Below, piece after piece: positions 12,795-24,700 of a stretch of DNA of 64,000 bases. The notes beneath the pieces were generated by a model. It had not been told where the DNA came from, made no database searches, and worked only from the letters and a program-made list of their open reading frames with translations. How positions within the stretch are numbered: the first letter of the stretch is position 1; each line of letters opens with the position of its first letter. Source of the DNA: Takakia lepidozioides (Eukaryota; Plantae; Bryophyta). Made by a program: the position numbers and the translations under genes. The stretch lies in the NCBI GenBank assembly GCA_030704615.1, contig CM060734.1, forward strand, positions 15,686,001 through 15,750,000. The letters run 5' to 3'.

Positions 12795-14129
12795 TAAACC
12801 TGCGTTAATATCCATTTCATGTATTCACTCAAAGCAATGTTTTCAGCAGCTCAAAACAATGTAAACACAAATGTTGTTGATTTACTAGAAAAATAGTCAG
12901 TACATTTCTTATGGACCTTTCTACAATATTATATATATATATATGGGTCTGTCAATAAATAGAAAGCATGATACTATCCATTATTTTGTTGGCTCCTCCC
13001 TCAAGAGGAGACCACGCATCAATTTTGAAAAAGTGGGGATGATCCTGATATACCTACACCAGAACTGACCTACAACAAGGATATAACACCCTCGGATAAG
13101 CCCTATTGTAGATAAACCTGCCCTAGTTAGTAATGAATATTAATATGGAGGAGCTCCATAAACGTGTAGTTAATGGGGTGTGTATCACATTAGTTGCAAT
13201 CAAGAGCAAAATGTGAGGAGTTCGAATCCTTCTAAAAATAACTTTTTGAACATGTAAAAAACTAGGATGAAAAAAGAAATGCACAGTAATAGCACATTAA
13301 TGGCAGTCAGGATAATTCAATATGATGCAGGAGAGTATATATAGATATATATATTGTTATGTTCCCATATTTCAAGACAATAGGTGTAGCGTATTGGTAG
13401 GGAAGTGGACTCTTGTATAGGTGGTGCTGTGTTCAAACCTTTATGCTAGAAGAACCGCCTTACTTTTGAATAGGTTGACAACTTGGATGAATAAATTCAT
13501 AGCAAATGAAAAAGGTGGCTGCGGAGGAGGATGTAAAAGAAAAGGGTGGCAGAAATGCAGAAAAATAGACTGAAAATGTCTGTTTTCCATTTTTTTGGAT
13601 GAAAAGAACACGTGTCAGCAAGTTTAGGACCAAACAAAAAAAAAAACCAGAAAGAAGATAGAGTCTATACACATCATACACTTTGGGTTGTTGGTTAGAT
13701 AAACAAGCTTATAGTTCCCAACTATGCGATCTTAGGTTCAAACCACCTTACCTTAATTTTTTATAAGGTTAATTTTCTCATAGCGCGCTCAGGTTATTCC
13801 CTTCATTATCTTTTGTCCCTCTCTTTCCTCCATCTAGGGTTTCCTGTGCGGCGCACCTATGCTCAAGTTTGAAATTGCTCTTACACATGTTGTCACCGCC
13901 GGCCCTGCTTTCAACTCTTCCGACGGTTTGTCTTCCATGTATTGATGCACATTCAAAGCTCTATCAACTTGCAAGCATCCGCAGGAGCAGCAACCAAGCA
14001 AACGAGCATCATCTCTCAAGAATATAAAGGTAGGCTGCTGTCTCTCTTCTCTCACAACTCATTTCATTTCTTGAAGTCTCTTACTCTCACTCACTCTCTC
14101 TTTGTGCTCTCTCTTCCAAGCTCTTCGTT

Positions 14130-15529
14130 ATGGCAGGAATGGTCAAGCATGAACGTCCCATGCTTTTGGTAGACGATTTAGACCTCACCGTGAGATATGC
14201 TGCTTTTGAGGGTCTGGTCTTGAGTCGTTATGGCAATGTCAACAAACCCACTGTCATGGATTCTCCCAGCACCTGGTCCTACTTGCACTGTGATTTGACA
14301 GATCGCCTTGGGTTCACCACCGTTAGTGTTACAATCTCAGGCTCTCTTATTTTTGCTCATTCTGACAAGTTCAACAAGGGCTCTTGTGTGCGTCTGGAGA
14401 ACTTTTCAGTGCGGCCTAAGTTGAAGTTTGAAAAGGGGGATCTGATATACTACCTGAAGATCACCTCAGCTACTGTTGTGCAGGTCATCCCGCCATTTCA
14501 CAATCCTCCGGTACTGAATTTCTTGCACAAAGATACCATCAGTGCCTTCTCCAAGCGTTTCCATGAGAAGTTTGAAACAACCACCATTGTTGTGGTTGTC
14601 ATTGGAGTCCGTGGTCAGGTGGAGCAACGATTTGAACTGACTGTTGCAGATGGAGCATGTCAATTGGATGTCCAGATTGTAAGTAAACTCATATCATGTC
14701 TTGGTTGCTTACTTTTATTTCTGGTTTTTCTTTTTTCCTGCTATGTATCTAATATTTACATACATGCTATTGATACAGGTGAGTTTATTATCGGCGTTCC
14801 ATGCTGAATATGAGCGCCTAGTGCAGCAGTTCTGAAGAGGGGAACTTACTTATGCCCTGTTTAAGAACATTGGAGCGACTCAAAGTGGCGATGTGCGGCT
14901 ACTCACCCTTTTGTGTACCATCTTTGCTCCGGTTCTTGATGATGATGCACGAGCCAATTTGCAATGGGTGCACAATGCTCATATAGCTCATGGAGGCCAC
15001 AGAATAACAACTCAGGTAAAATTTTATTTTTTCTCTTTGTCTTTCTTTCATTTCCGTATTCTGTCATGTCTATTATGTAGGTTTAATCTTTTCTCTTTTC
15101 TGGTTTTCAGGTCACAGGGATTTTCCATATCAAGTCACCTTCAACTCCCCCTTTCAAGTGTGTCTGTACTGCTTGCGGGCTTGAAGACATAGCATGTCAA
15201 GACGACGGCCTACAGGATGGAAATTCGGCGCAGGATTTCGATCCATCCGGGATTCCAGTTACCTGCTGGATGGAAATGCGGCGCCGAATTTCCATCCATC
15301 TGGGATTCGAATTACCTGCAGGATGGAAATTGTGGATGGGGTTGTTCAAGTCCATGTCAATTCGGACTGGGTAGAAGCTATTGTGGGAATGAATGAACAA
15401 GATCTGAAGGCTGCTCATAGGGCCGATAGGCTCTCCGTCATCAAAGCCTTCTCCAATGTCCGTCATGTGGGGCGTTTATCTTTGAATCTTGTGGGAGACT
15501 TAGTTGGTTTCAAAGAGCATGCTGCTTGA
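14130..15529 (+). pseudogene. RPA70-like OB-fold ssDNA-binding gene (3 exons), disrupted
   Basis: Exons ~14130-14677, 14780-15015, 15111-15529 (GT-AG). OB-fold pattern LHCDLTD..G..VSVTI....FNKGSCVRLENFSV; C-terminal CVCTACG Zn motif and VEAIVGMNEQDL resembling RPA70 DBD-C. In-frame TGA at 14833; ~52-bp internal tandem duplication at ~15215-15331 shifts the frame. Confidence 0.6.
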
Positions 15530-16109
15530 TTTCTATTTTGCATTCAAGAGCATAGCATAGCATAGTATAACCTTGCTTTGCTTGGCTTTCACTTGCTTTC
15601 TGGTTTTCCATGACAGTATTTGGCTTTAGAAGCTTCTCATGTTGTTCTCCACACAACATACTTGGATTTTACAAATCCATTTTTGTTGTATGTGTGTGGT
15701 TTTTGTTTACTACATGAGTGTTTCAAGGAGGAAACAAATGTGTAATCCATCAATGCCATATTCTCTTTCAGTTCTCAGTTTTCAGACTTTTGGTTTTCAG
15801 CAAGTCCTTTAGCTAGTCTCTTGGATTATTCAGTCAAGTTTATCAGCGAGTTCATAAGCAAGACCTTCAATTTTCTACCTTGGTTTCATGTACTACATAA
15901 TAAATCCTCAACCAGTTCTATTTTCTTAATATTGTTGAGAGCATATTAAACATATTATTCATTATTTCCATAGTTTCATAGAGAGACATTTTAGAGTCTT
16001 CTTAGATATACTAATTCCATTACATAAGTAAATTAATATTTCAAACTTACTCATGGTTCATAAAATTAATTAATTATTTAAAATTTACAGTTCCAGATTT
16101 TAACAATTG

Positions 16110-16445
16110 AAGGTTTTACATGTCAGGGTTTTAGAGTGTCTACAAGTTTAATTAGGGATATTCTAGGGTTTCCAAGTTATATTAAGGTTTTATACATTTA
16201 AGCTTTTACAAATTAAACTACAAATAAGGAATTTAGGGCTTCATGATATTTCAGGATTTCTACAATTTATTAGGGGTACCTGTGACATTGCCGTTTACAT
16301 ATTAGGGTTTCAAGGAGTCTGCAAATTAAATTAGGGATATTTCAGGGTTTTCCAGTTCTATTAGGATTTTATATATTTAAATTTTATACAAATAAAAAAT
16401 AAAAACAGGGAACTTACGGCTTCACGATATTTTAGGGTTTTTTAA
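16110..16445 (+). repeat. ~180-bp tandem duplication rich in degenerate TTTAGGG-like motifs
   Basis: AATTAGGGATATT.TAGGGTTT... occurs at ~16150 and ~16329; many TAGGG/TAGGGTTT motifs. Confidence 0.65.
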
Positions 16446-16567
16446 AATTCACTTCTATCTATGTGTTTATGGTACTTCAAGTTTATTCTTGAATATATTT
16501 CTTTATAGTTAATCTAATACTAATATTAATGTAAGATATTAGAACCCTAAGTTTCAATACTGTAAAT

Positions 16568-17021
16568 ATGGATTGTGACATTGATTTTGTATTGCAACGT
16601 CAACATTTATAATGTATACATGATTATCATTATGTTGTTGGAGATTGCTTGTTTGATGAACAATTGCTTATTTGTTGCATTATTCAATTACATCAAAGGA
16701 TCTGCGTCGTCTATGTATGGCTCATTTTTCACAAACTTTACAAACACCAACTGATGAACTAACCGAAATGATTCAAATTCATTTCTCTTCGGAGGCACTA
16801 TATGAGTTGCATGCTATCCATATCCTCGAGGACTTCATTCACAAAATGTCATTTTTTGTTGTTGATAGGGGTTTGGAAGGTGATAATCGTGCTATTGTTT
16901 GTTTGGCAAATTATTTAAAAAGGCCAATCCTTTTATGGTCTCGCGTCAACAAAAGAATAATGTTCTCTGCAGGTGATCAATTTCTTACTTCTACCCCTCT
17001 GCAGTTACTTTATGATGATAG
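16568..17021 (+). pseudogene. OTU-like cysteine protease fragment
   Basis: MDCDIDF...HYVVGDCLFD / TIAYLL..SKDLRR...GLEGDNRAIVCLANYLKRPILLWS...LQLLYDDS; contains a stop and a frameshift; truncated before the catalytic His by the duplicated block. Confidence 0.6.
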
Positions 17022-18182
17022 CTATGGATGTTCTGCATATTGAGAGACAGGAAATGGCCTCAAGATTGGAAAGCTTCTGTTCGGAGTCGTGTGAGACGAA
17101 CATGGCATGGTCCAATGCCAAAATTGAATTGGACATGACAACATTTGCTTTGAAGAATGCAAGGGAACATCAAAAGTTCCTGCAATCAAGACTACTTGAA
17201 TTGGAGAATCAACTTATGGAATATTGTTTCAGTCTTGAGCGGGAATCTTTGGAAACCCTACTGCAACAATCTTTGTCTAAAGTGGAGCAATTGGAAGAGG
17301 GGGCAAAAATGCTACTGCCACAGAGAAATTGTTCCAAGAGAGAGTCACTGAAATAGAGAAGTTGTACAATGAACAACAAGACCATTACAGGGATCAAGAT
17401 GAGCTCATTGCCCCCAACATCAAGTTGCTGGAATTAAGAGAGCGGGGAAAAAAAAAAATTGGGGGATGAGCTTGAAAAAATCAAGAAGGGGGAGAATACC
17501 AACATCATTCATGAATCCTAAACTGATCGTTCATCCTCTACATCAAAAAGACATTTTCTAGAAAGTTAATGTTTATTCACTTTGTGACTGTGGATCTCCA
17601 TATCTTGATGCCATCACGTTGTCATGTGGCCATTTCTACCATGCAAATTGTCTTGGCTACCATTTGAATACTTCTTCAAAGTGCAGAGTTGAATATTGTG
17701 CTAAGGAGGTCCACCCCCTGGATGAAAAGTGTGAGGAAGAGGGGCTATTGTTCCAAGCGCGTTCAAGTGGTGATATGGAGATGGGATAGCCAGGAAATTC
17801 AGGTAATGTTTTCGGGGGGACCACTCCTTATCAGTTTGGTAGACACGTGCGATAAAAAGGTATTTTCCTATGGGGTATTAATTTAATTTTTTGATTTTTT
17901 CTACACCCTATAATTATATAATTTTGTAATATACAGCATTTTTGAGTAGGCTATTTTTTTAATATTCAGCAGCAACCATGAATATTTGATATGCTATATT
18001 AATATAAAAATAAATAAAATGAAATTCTACAAAGCAAAAACTTGTGTTTTACATTCCCATGCAAACTTGTATTTTACATTTCATTACTTGCTAGAAACAA
18101 ACTCATCTAGAGTATCACTATCGACATCAGCAAGGGTGTATACATCCTGACCTCTATCGTAAGTCAAAGTTACTGAGCTAAT
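17022..18182 (+). repeat. 1161-bp direct repeat, copy 2
   Basis: Matches 7942-9102 at a constant offset of 9080 bp. Confidence 0.95.
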
Positions 18183-19361
18183 GATGTGCAACAGTTAGTG
18201 GCAAGGTGCATGGTGTGTGATAGAGTGCGAGCTTCTTTCAATGCACCTTCTCCACAATTGCACCCTTTACCCATTATGAGTTTGGGCTATCGTTGGAGTC
18301 TTGACTTCGCAGGCCCATTGCCACTAACGATTCGCCATAACAAGTATGTGCTGGTGATGGTGGAACATTTTTCCAAGTGGATTGAACTGGTGGCATTGCG
18401 TGACCAGGCAAGTGAGGGGGCTGCATATGCATTCTTAGATCGAGTGCAATGCTGGTGGTGTCGCGACCATGTTGGGGTGTGACAAATGCTCAAGGGGGTG
18501 GCACATGGGATGCTTGACACTGCCACTTGAGGAGGTTCATAGTGGAGAATGGTTGTGTCCACGATGCCTTGGACATAGGTAGTGGGCATGACAATGGTGG
18601 AATTGACAAGTGATCCAAGGTCTAGCTGATATGAGCTCAACGCCATGGATACTTAATTGAAGATCATGGATTGTAGGAATGCGAGTAACGATGGGGCTAC
18701 TTTTGCACCCGGCCTCTTGATCTATTGACTTTAGATACTGGGACATGTGCGATTGAAGACCAAGCGATGATTTTATTGAGATGGATACTTGTGAGCTATC
18801 CGGTGTTAGAGGGACCTAATCACCAGCTAGGGGGGCGATTGTGGCATAGCTTTCTAGGATTGTGTGCTTAGAATGTATGGTGGACAATGATGTATGTTGT
18901 GGCACGATGCTTAGGTGCACGACAGCTGTCATGGTTTTAGTCATGGTTAACTAGAATTACCTACTTCTAGTTAACTAGGACATTTTGGATATTTATATTT
19001 GTATTTTGTGTGTTGGAACTTCATTTGACAGACCACGAACAGGGGAGTGAGCCGCATTCCCTGCATTCCACAGGGCGAGTAGGGAGCGGGGACCGTGAAC
19101 CGGGGCGAGGAGGGGAGCGAGGACCGGGAACAGGGGAACGAGGACAACAGCCACATGCGAATATTTTGTGGTATCTATGAATAAGTTTATGTCAGAAGTT
19201 TTTGGATTAAAATGGGAGCAGACTACGCTTACCCGACGAGTTGAATACAAACTTGGGAGCCTTGCCAGTATGGTCGTCGGGGATGGCCGTACCGGCGACG
19301 TCCCGGCGGGGCGCACTGTCAAATCCCCAACCCCCTTGCTCCCCTCTCACCTGCGGGTACA
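18183..19361 (+). mobile_element. Ty3/Gypsy 3' fragment: internally deleted integrase + PHD finger + PPT + LTR
   Basis: CMVCDR..LHPLP...WSLDFAGPLP..YVLVMVEHFSKWIE (18186-18444); PHD ..MLGCDKCSRGWHMGCLTLPLEEVHSGEWLCPRC (18445-18582); AGGGGGGCGAT then TGTGGCA at 18840; LTR 3' end uncertain. Confidence 0.8.
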
Positions 19362-19834
19362 ATGCTATTATATGACAAAACAATATCGTTAACATCGTAT
19401 GAAATATTCTCATCTTCTGGTGCTGAATATATAATGGCTACTTTCAACAAAAATACAAGAAGAGCTATCCACATTATTGTCATTTACAACCTCCATCGCT
19501 TTCAATACCCACATTTTTATCTTCTTTACAAACTATTGTTGATAAGATGCCAAGTTTTTGCCCTACCATTATTATGGGCGATTTTAATATTAACATGCTA
19601 GAAAACAATTCATCAATGTCAAAGCAACTGTTATAATTTATGAATACGATTAACATGACATTTCAATTTATGCAAGCTACTACAATATATGGTTCACAAT
19701 TGGATCACATTTGGACAAATACACCAAACCAACAATGCATATTTGGAGTTACAGCATATTGGACAGATCACAAACCTATATACATAGCTTTCAAGTTGCC
19801 AAATCACGTTGTTAAATATCATCATTCACATTAG
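19356..19834 (+). pseudogene. APE/EEP-family endonuclease, C-terminal domain
   Basis: GTMLLYD...IHIIVIY, PTIIMGDFNINML, TTIYGSQLDHIWTN, YWTDHKPIY, then stop; frameshifted; no RT follows. Confidence 0.85.
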
Positions 19835-20346
19835 TGTTGTCTTATATATTCTATATTGGAGGGTGGAGCGAGCACGCGTCCAGCCGCTTGTTTTATACAC
19901 ATATATCAACAATTTCAGGAGGAAAATTAAATTATTTTTGCAAATATGGATATTATTTATAAATATTTTTCTCCTTAAAAAAAATCCCTTTCTCAAAAGT
20001 TTTTAATGAAGGTCGACATGAGTCAGAGCAAATACAACAAAATAACGGATGCTACACCAATACACATCAGTGATCAAGATGATGCCATAAGAGGATATGG
20101 ACTTGTCATAACATGGACCATCTCTCTCTATATACATTGTCCACACAGACATATACATGCAACATCATCTTATCATGTAGTGCATGTGCATGTATGCCAC
20201 TAGAGAGGATGTAAATGTTGAGACTTTCAACTGGCAAAGTTACCAGCAAACACGCAGCAGCGATTGACATTACGTATTAGGGAAGGGAACGACCCTTCCC
20301 CAACGTGAAAAACTGGAAAATTTTTCTTTCCCGCTCCTTGCCCCAC

Positions 20347-20460
20347 AAATCGGGGGACCCTTCCACACGCGGAAGGTACTTCCCGCAAATTGGGGGACCC
20401 TTCCAAAAGCGGAAGGTGCTTCCCGTAAATCACGGGGGAACCTTGCGGCCAGGGAGGCTC
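20347..20460. repeat. ~40-bp GC-rich hairpin tandem repeat x2.5
   Basis: AAAT.GGGGGACCCTTCC-n6-GGAAGGT.CTTCCCG repeated. Confidence 0.7.
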
Positions 20461-20719
20461 CTTGAATTACAAAGAAAAAAATTTGCCTGTGTTTTACGGC
20501 ACCAGAGACCGTTCAGGCAACTGGCCCGGGGTCACCCGGGAATAGAACAAGGTGGTGAAAATAGATTTATTGCAGAGAAATGAAGAATGTGCAAACCGTC
20601 CACAGGACTAGTTTTTCATTGATACAGCCTACCCAGATTCAGATTATATGGCACCCACAGCAAAGCCTCCCAAAACTCCAGAGCCAAATTCCAAAAAAAA
20701 TTGACATTTCCATGGTTTG

Positions 20720-20738
20720 CACGTGCGATACGCACGTG
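20720..20738. promoter_or_regulatory. Paired G-box/ABRE-like palindrome upstream of ASG2
   Basis: CACGTGCG-ATA-CGCACGTG, ~1 kb upstream of the ATG. Confidence 0.35.
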
Positions 20739-21737
20739 AAAAGTGCAAAATGGACGTTTTTCACGCAGGTGCAAACGGGACGCCATATGCTGTACCTTTG
20801 CATGGGCTTTTCACCATCGGTGACAAAATTGCATGGCTGACATCTCCTCGACGATTGCAGGCAACATTTGAGGGAAGAAATAATCTTAAACGTGAGGGAC
20901 ATGTAACAAGAAAGTGTTCCATCGCATGAGGTAAGTAGCTTGAACATTTTATGTTTAGAGCTCTCGGAGTGACAGATAGGGCTGGTAGTTTATGTATGTT
21001 GGTGTTTGCTCACTGCACTCTACCGTGACGAGGCTCCGACGGAATAAAGTGTGGAACGCCATGCAATTTCGTAAAACGAAAAAATGAAGAAGGCGCAGTC
21101 GCAGCCGCCACACCGACAGCGACAGCGCGCCACCTGCCATTTGGGGATTTGTGGGGAACAAACCATCATGGTTTGCTTACAAACCCGAGGTCCTTCCCGG
21201 AAACGTGTTGGAACGTCGATGGTGCGCTTTGGTGATCGACGGGTTGCATTTGTGGAAGATTTCACCTACGTTTTCTTTTGTGTTCTTTGGCTCACGGATT
21301 GAGTGTTGGCAATGAAGGATCGTTGGTCCAGGCAGCAGTGTAGTCAGCTTTCGTCTCCTGCATATCCTGGAATTTCGTCAATTCAGGTTGGAAAGAGCTC
21401 TGGGATTGTCTGGAATTCCATGCAAACCTAGGGAGTTGTTGGTTCCAGGCTATATCACTTCAACTAGGGAATTAGGAAGCCCTTGATTGATGGTGGAAGG
21501 TGTTTGGATAGAGTGAGAACCTCCAAGTAAGGTGCAATTGAGTAGGGGTGAGCAAGTAAGTGGCCATGGATTTGCGTTGCCAGTTGCGGATTGGCAATCT
21601 GCCTCCTCTCATGGAGGCCACCACGATCGTCTACACACACGGACAATAGGGAATGTTTTATGTGCTGATGATTGGTCTGACAAGGACAATTAAGAATTGG
21701 CGGAGTGAGCGGGACTCCTAAATCAACGATCGTGTTG

Positions 21738-24700
21738 ATGTGTAACAAGACTCTGAGCATGAAACAGTTCGTGAGCCCTGATGGCAACCTGCAGGGCCTT
21801 GTGGATGGCCGACCACTTGAGTCTCGCCAGGTAGGGCCAATGAATGCCACTTCAAAGTCCTTACTGAGCAAGTCCAGATTTCAAAAGGAATTTCTTCTGG
21901 CTTTCGTTGAACGGATGTCCTTCGTGCTTTCCATTGATTTGATCTTTGTTTCTGCGTCTCTAATATGCAAGCCCTTTCGGGTACTTGGGGACTATCTCAT
22001 CTCACCTGACACCGCACGAAGGCCATGGTAATCAGCTGGATAGATATCTATTGAAGACTTCTCACAGATCCCACGTTGTTCTTTTCTTTTCCTTTCCATG
22101 TTCGTGAAATACTTTCCTCTGGACTGGCCCTCTGCTCCGTCTATCCACAGCACATAGGGGTGGGACCATCCGAGGTTAATTAGCATTCAATCTTTTTCTA
22201 GCATATTCTTGAATGCAATTTTTTGTAAAACATTGGTAAGAGACAAATCTACATTTCTGGTCTAGTTGCAATAACCAGGTTGGAATCCCCTAATTAAGTT
22301 ACTATTCCACTTATTTTCTTTGCGAGATGTAGCCTCAAGGTGTAGGTCTATCTTTTCATGAGCAATATTTGTGTAGGGTGATCATTCTTACACTTCAATG
22401 CTTCAGGTCCTCAAGAACTATGGTACATTTCAGGTCTGAGAGAAGAGATCGTTCTGTAAGACAGGTTACTTATGTTGTGACCCTTTGTTGGGCATAAGTT
22501 CCTTGCATTTGAAGAAGTAGGGCCCTGCACCACTTTTGTTGTTCAGTTTTGGTATTTTTTTTCTGGAAGAGAGGAGAATATCTGCTTTGCAGAAAATGTC
22601 TACAGAATGATACCTTAGCACATGTTACGTGGACACTCTTGGTCAGTGTGTACTGTAATTGCAATGGCTTTCAATCTCTGACTGAACACTTAGCTTTCCA
22701 GGTATATGTTCCTCTATCCTGCCCCTTTCCTAAATGAGTAGAGTGTCATCTGAGGTTAAACTCGGCCTCGTTGCACAGCTCTCCCCAGTCTCATAGACTT
22801 TTGTGACTAGTATTTACTCAAGAGTGCTGAATATTTCTTCCAACCATCTTGATGGATGATGGGAGGTTTGTGCCTTAGTGTGGACTTAAGCACTCCCTTT
22901 CTATATTCACATAGTACTAGGATCTCAATGATGGTTGACCCTGTTATTGAATCACAGAGGGTGTTGAGCAGTTGTGATAAAACTTGACCTAAACTTTGAC
23001 TTTGTCACATATATTCTGTCTCTCTCTTATCAACACATATAACGGTGTCATCTTGTGCGTTTAGCAGCACTGACAATAGGTGTTACCACAGCCTTCCCTC
23101 TTTACTGACTTGCAAGGGATAGTGAGGAGACTACTATACCAGTTGATACTGTCGTTTGCATGATCAGTTGGGCATCGGGAAATCTGATGTTATAAGTGAT
23201 GAGTATGGTTCTTGGGAGCAGGTACCACTACCATTTATGCGCACGGTGCAGATGCACTCATCCCTGGTGCAACGGTTGCAGCTTGACAAGGTCATGGAGG
23301 TAACTCTCTCTCCCCACCCTCTTCTGTGTCACCTTTGTTTGACCTAAAGCAGGTAAGGTAGTTGGATTTAGTCGTAGAGAAGGGGTCTCGGCAAACGTTT
23401 CATGAGTTCATTCTCTCTCTCCCTCTCCAGTACTGTCCATATCATCAGAGACAACTACATTGTCATGCCTTCCTTACGAGGGCTTGGTGCAACTTCAGAT
23501 TTAATTCTGATGCTGTATGGGCTGACACTGAAAGATCTTGGGAGGATAGAACCGTACCATGCAAAGTAGAGTCTGAGCATCCTTCCTTATTCAGACCCTC
23601 CCTACTATCATATGCAGGCAGATATTGGTGTCTTTTAGATATTTTAGCAGAGACATTAAGCTATTCTGCCTGCATGAGGCACTTTGCCTTCTTGCACTGT
23701 TTGGGGTTTGATTATTTCTTTGGTTTGTGCGGCTCTTCCACACAGTGCCGTTCTGCCTTCACCTGAATGATTTGACCTTGATAGGCATATACTTCAGTTG
23801 ATGGCCTGTGACAGTGGCCGTTATTTTCAATGCACAGGGTCACCAAGGCTGTGTGAATGCGCTCGCATGGAATGTGAAGGGGTCCCTCCTCCTGTCTGGT
23901 TCTGATGACACAAAGGTATGCTCTGTTGGCGTTCACATCCCTAATTGAGAAATTGACGGACCTGTGAAGACTCTTTTGGTGGTTGTTTATACCAAGGTAA
24001 GTCCCAGTAGTGAGCCCCTCACAAAGGTAGTGTCCGTTTCCTCCTGTTCGCCCAAAATGGGCAGGGGGTCTACAGCTTCAAGGCTATGGCAAACAACATC
24101 TTATGAGTACATCCTCTCTTTTGGTAGAGTTCTTGTTCCTTTGATAGTTCAATTCATATAGGATTGAAACTAATTATCTTGTTGATTGCCAGGTCAATCT
24201 CTGGGACTATGGCAGTCAAAAGCTGCTCCACAGCATCGACACAGGCCATTCAGCAAACATTTTTTGCACCAAGTTCATGCCAGAGACTGGAGATGATGTC
24301 GTGGTTTCTGGTGCAGGCGATGCAGAGGTATGACATGCACATCAAGATCTTTTAACTCCCTTCACCTTCCCATGCAGCTCACAAAAAGGATCTAACGGTA
24401 GGGGCTTGCACGAAGTTCATGTAATGACAAGTGATCTTAAAGTATGCAGCAAATATTTGTAGTTCAGGGAATCTTGAGCTTCCTGCTACTGATTCCAAAC
24501 AGAGAATGTAGTTGCTGCTGTCTGATTGGAGACAAGGATTGTGTGGGAGACGTTAGAATTGTATTATACTCATTCTGGAGTACCTTCTTTGTCTCTTTCT
24601 ATTTGGTTTTCAGATTCGGGTCCATCGGGTGAGTCGGTCGGCAGCAACAGGGAGTGGAGGGGCATCATACTCTGAGCAAACTGCTCTCTTCCGTTGTCAC

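Larger units (their letters stand above)
12920..19890 (+). mobile_element. Putative endonuclease-encoding Helitron relic (Rep/helicase missing)
   Basis: 5' TC-TACAATATTATATATA; co-oriented RPA-like, OTU-like and C-terminal APE fragments; 3' hairpin TGGAGCG-agca-CGCGTCCA followed by CTTG|T at 19864-19891. Confidence 0.55.

Noticed and set aside
16751-16790. CTGATGA...GAAA hammerhead-like core
   Set aside because: Stems I and II cannot pair; lies in OTU coding sequence
7942-18182. The 1161-bp direct repeats as LTRs of a 10-kb element
   Set aside because: No TG..CA ends, PBS/PPT or TSD; copy 1 begins mid-ORF
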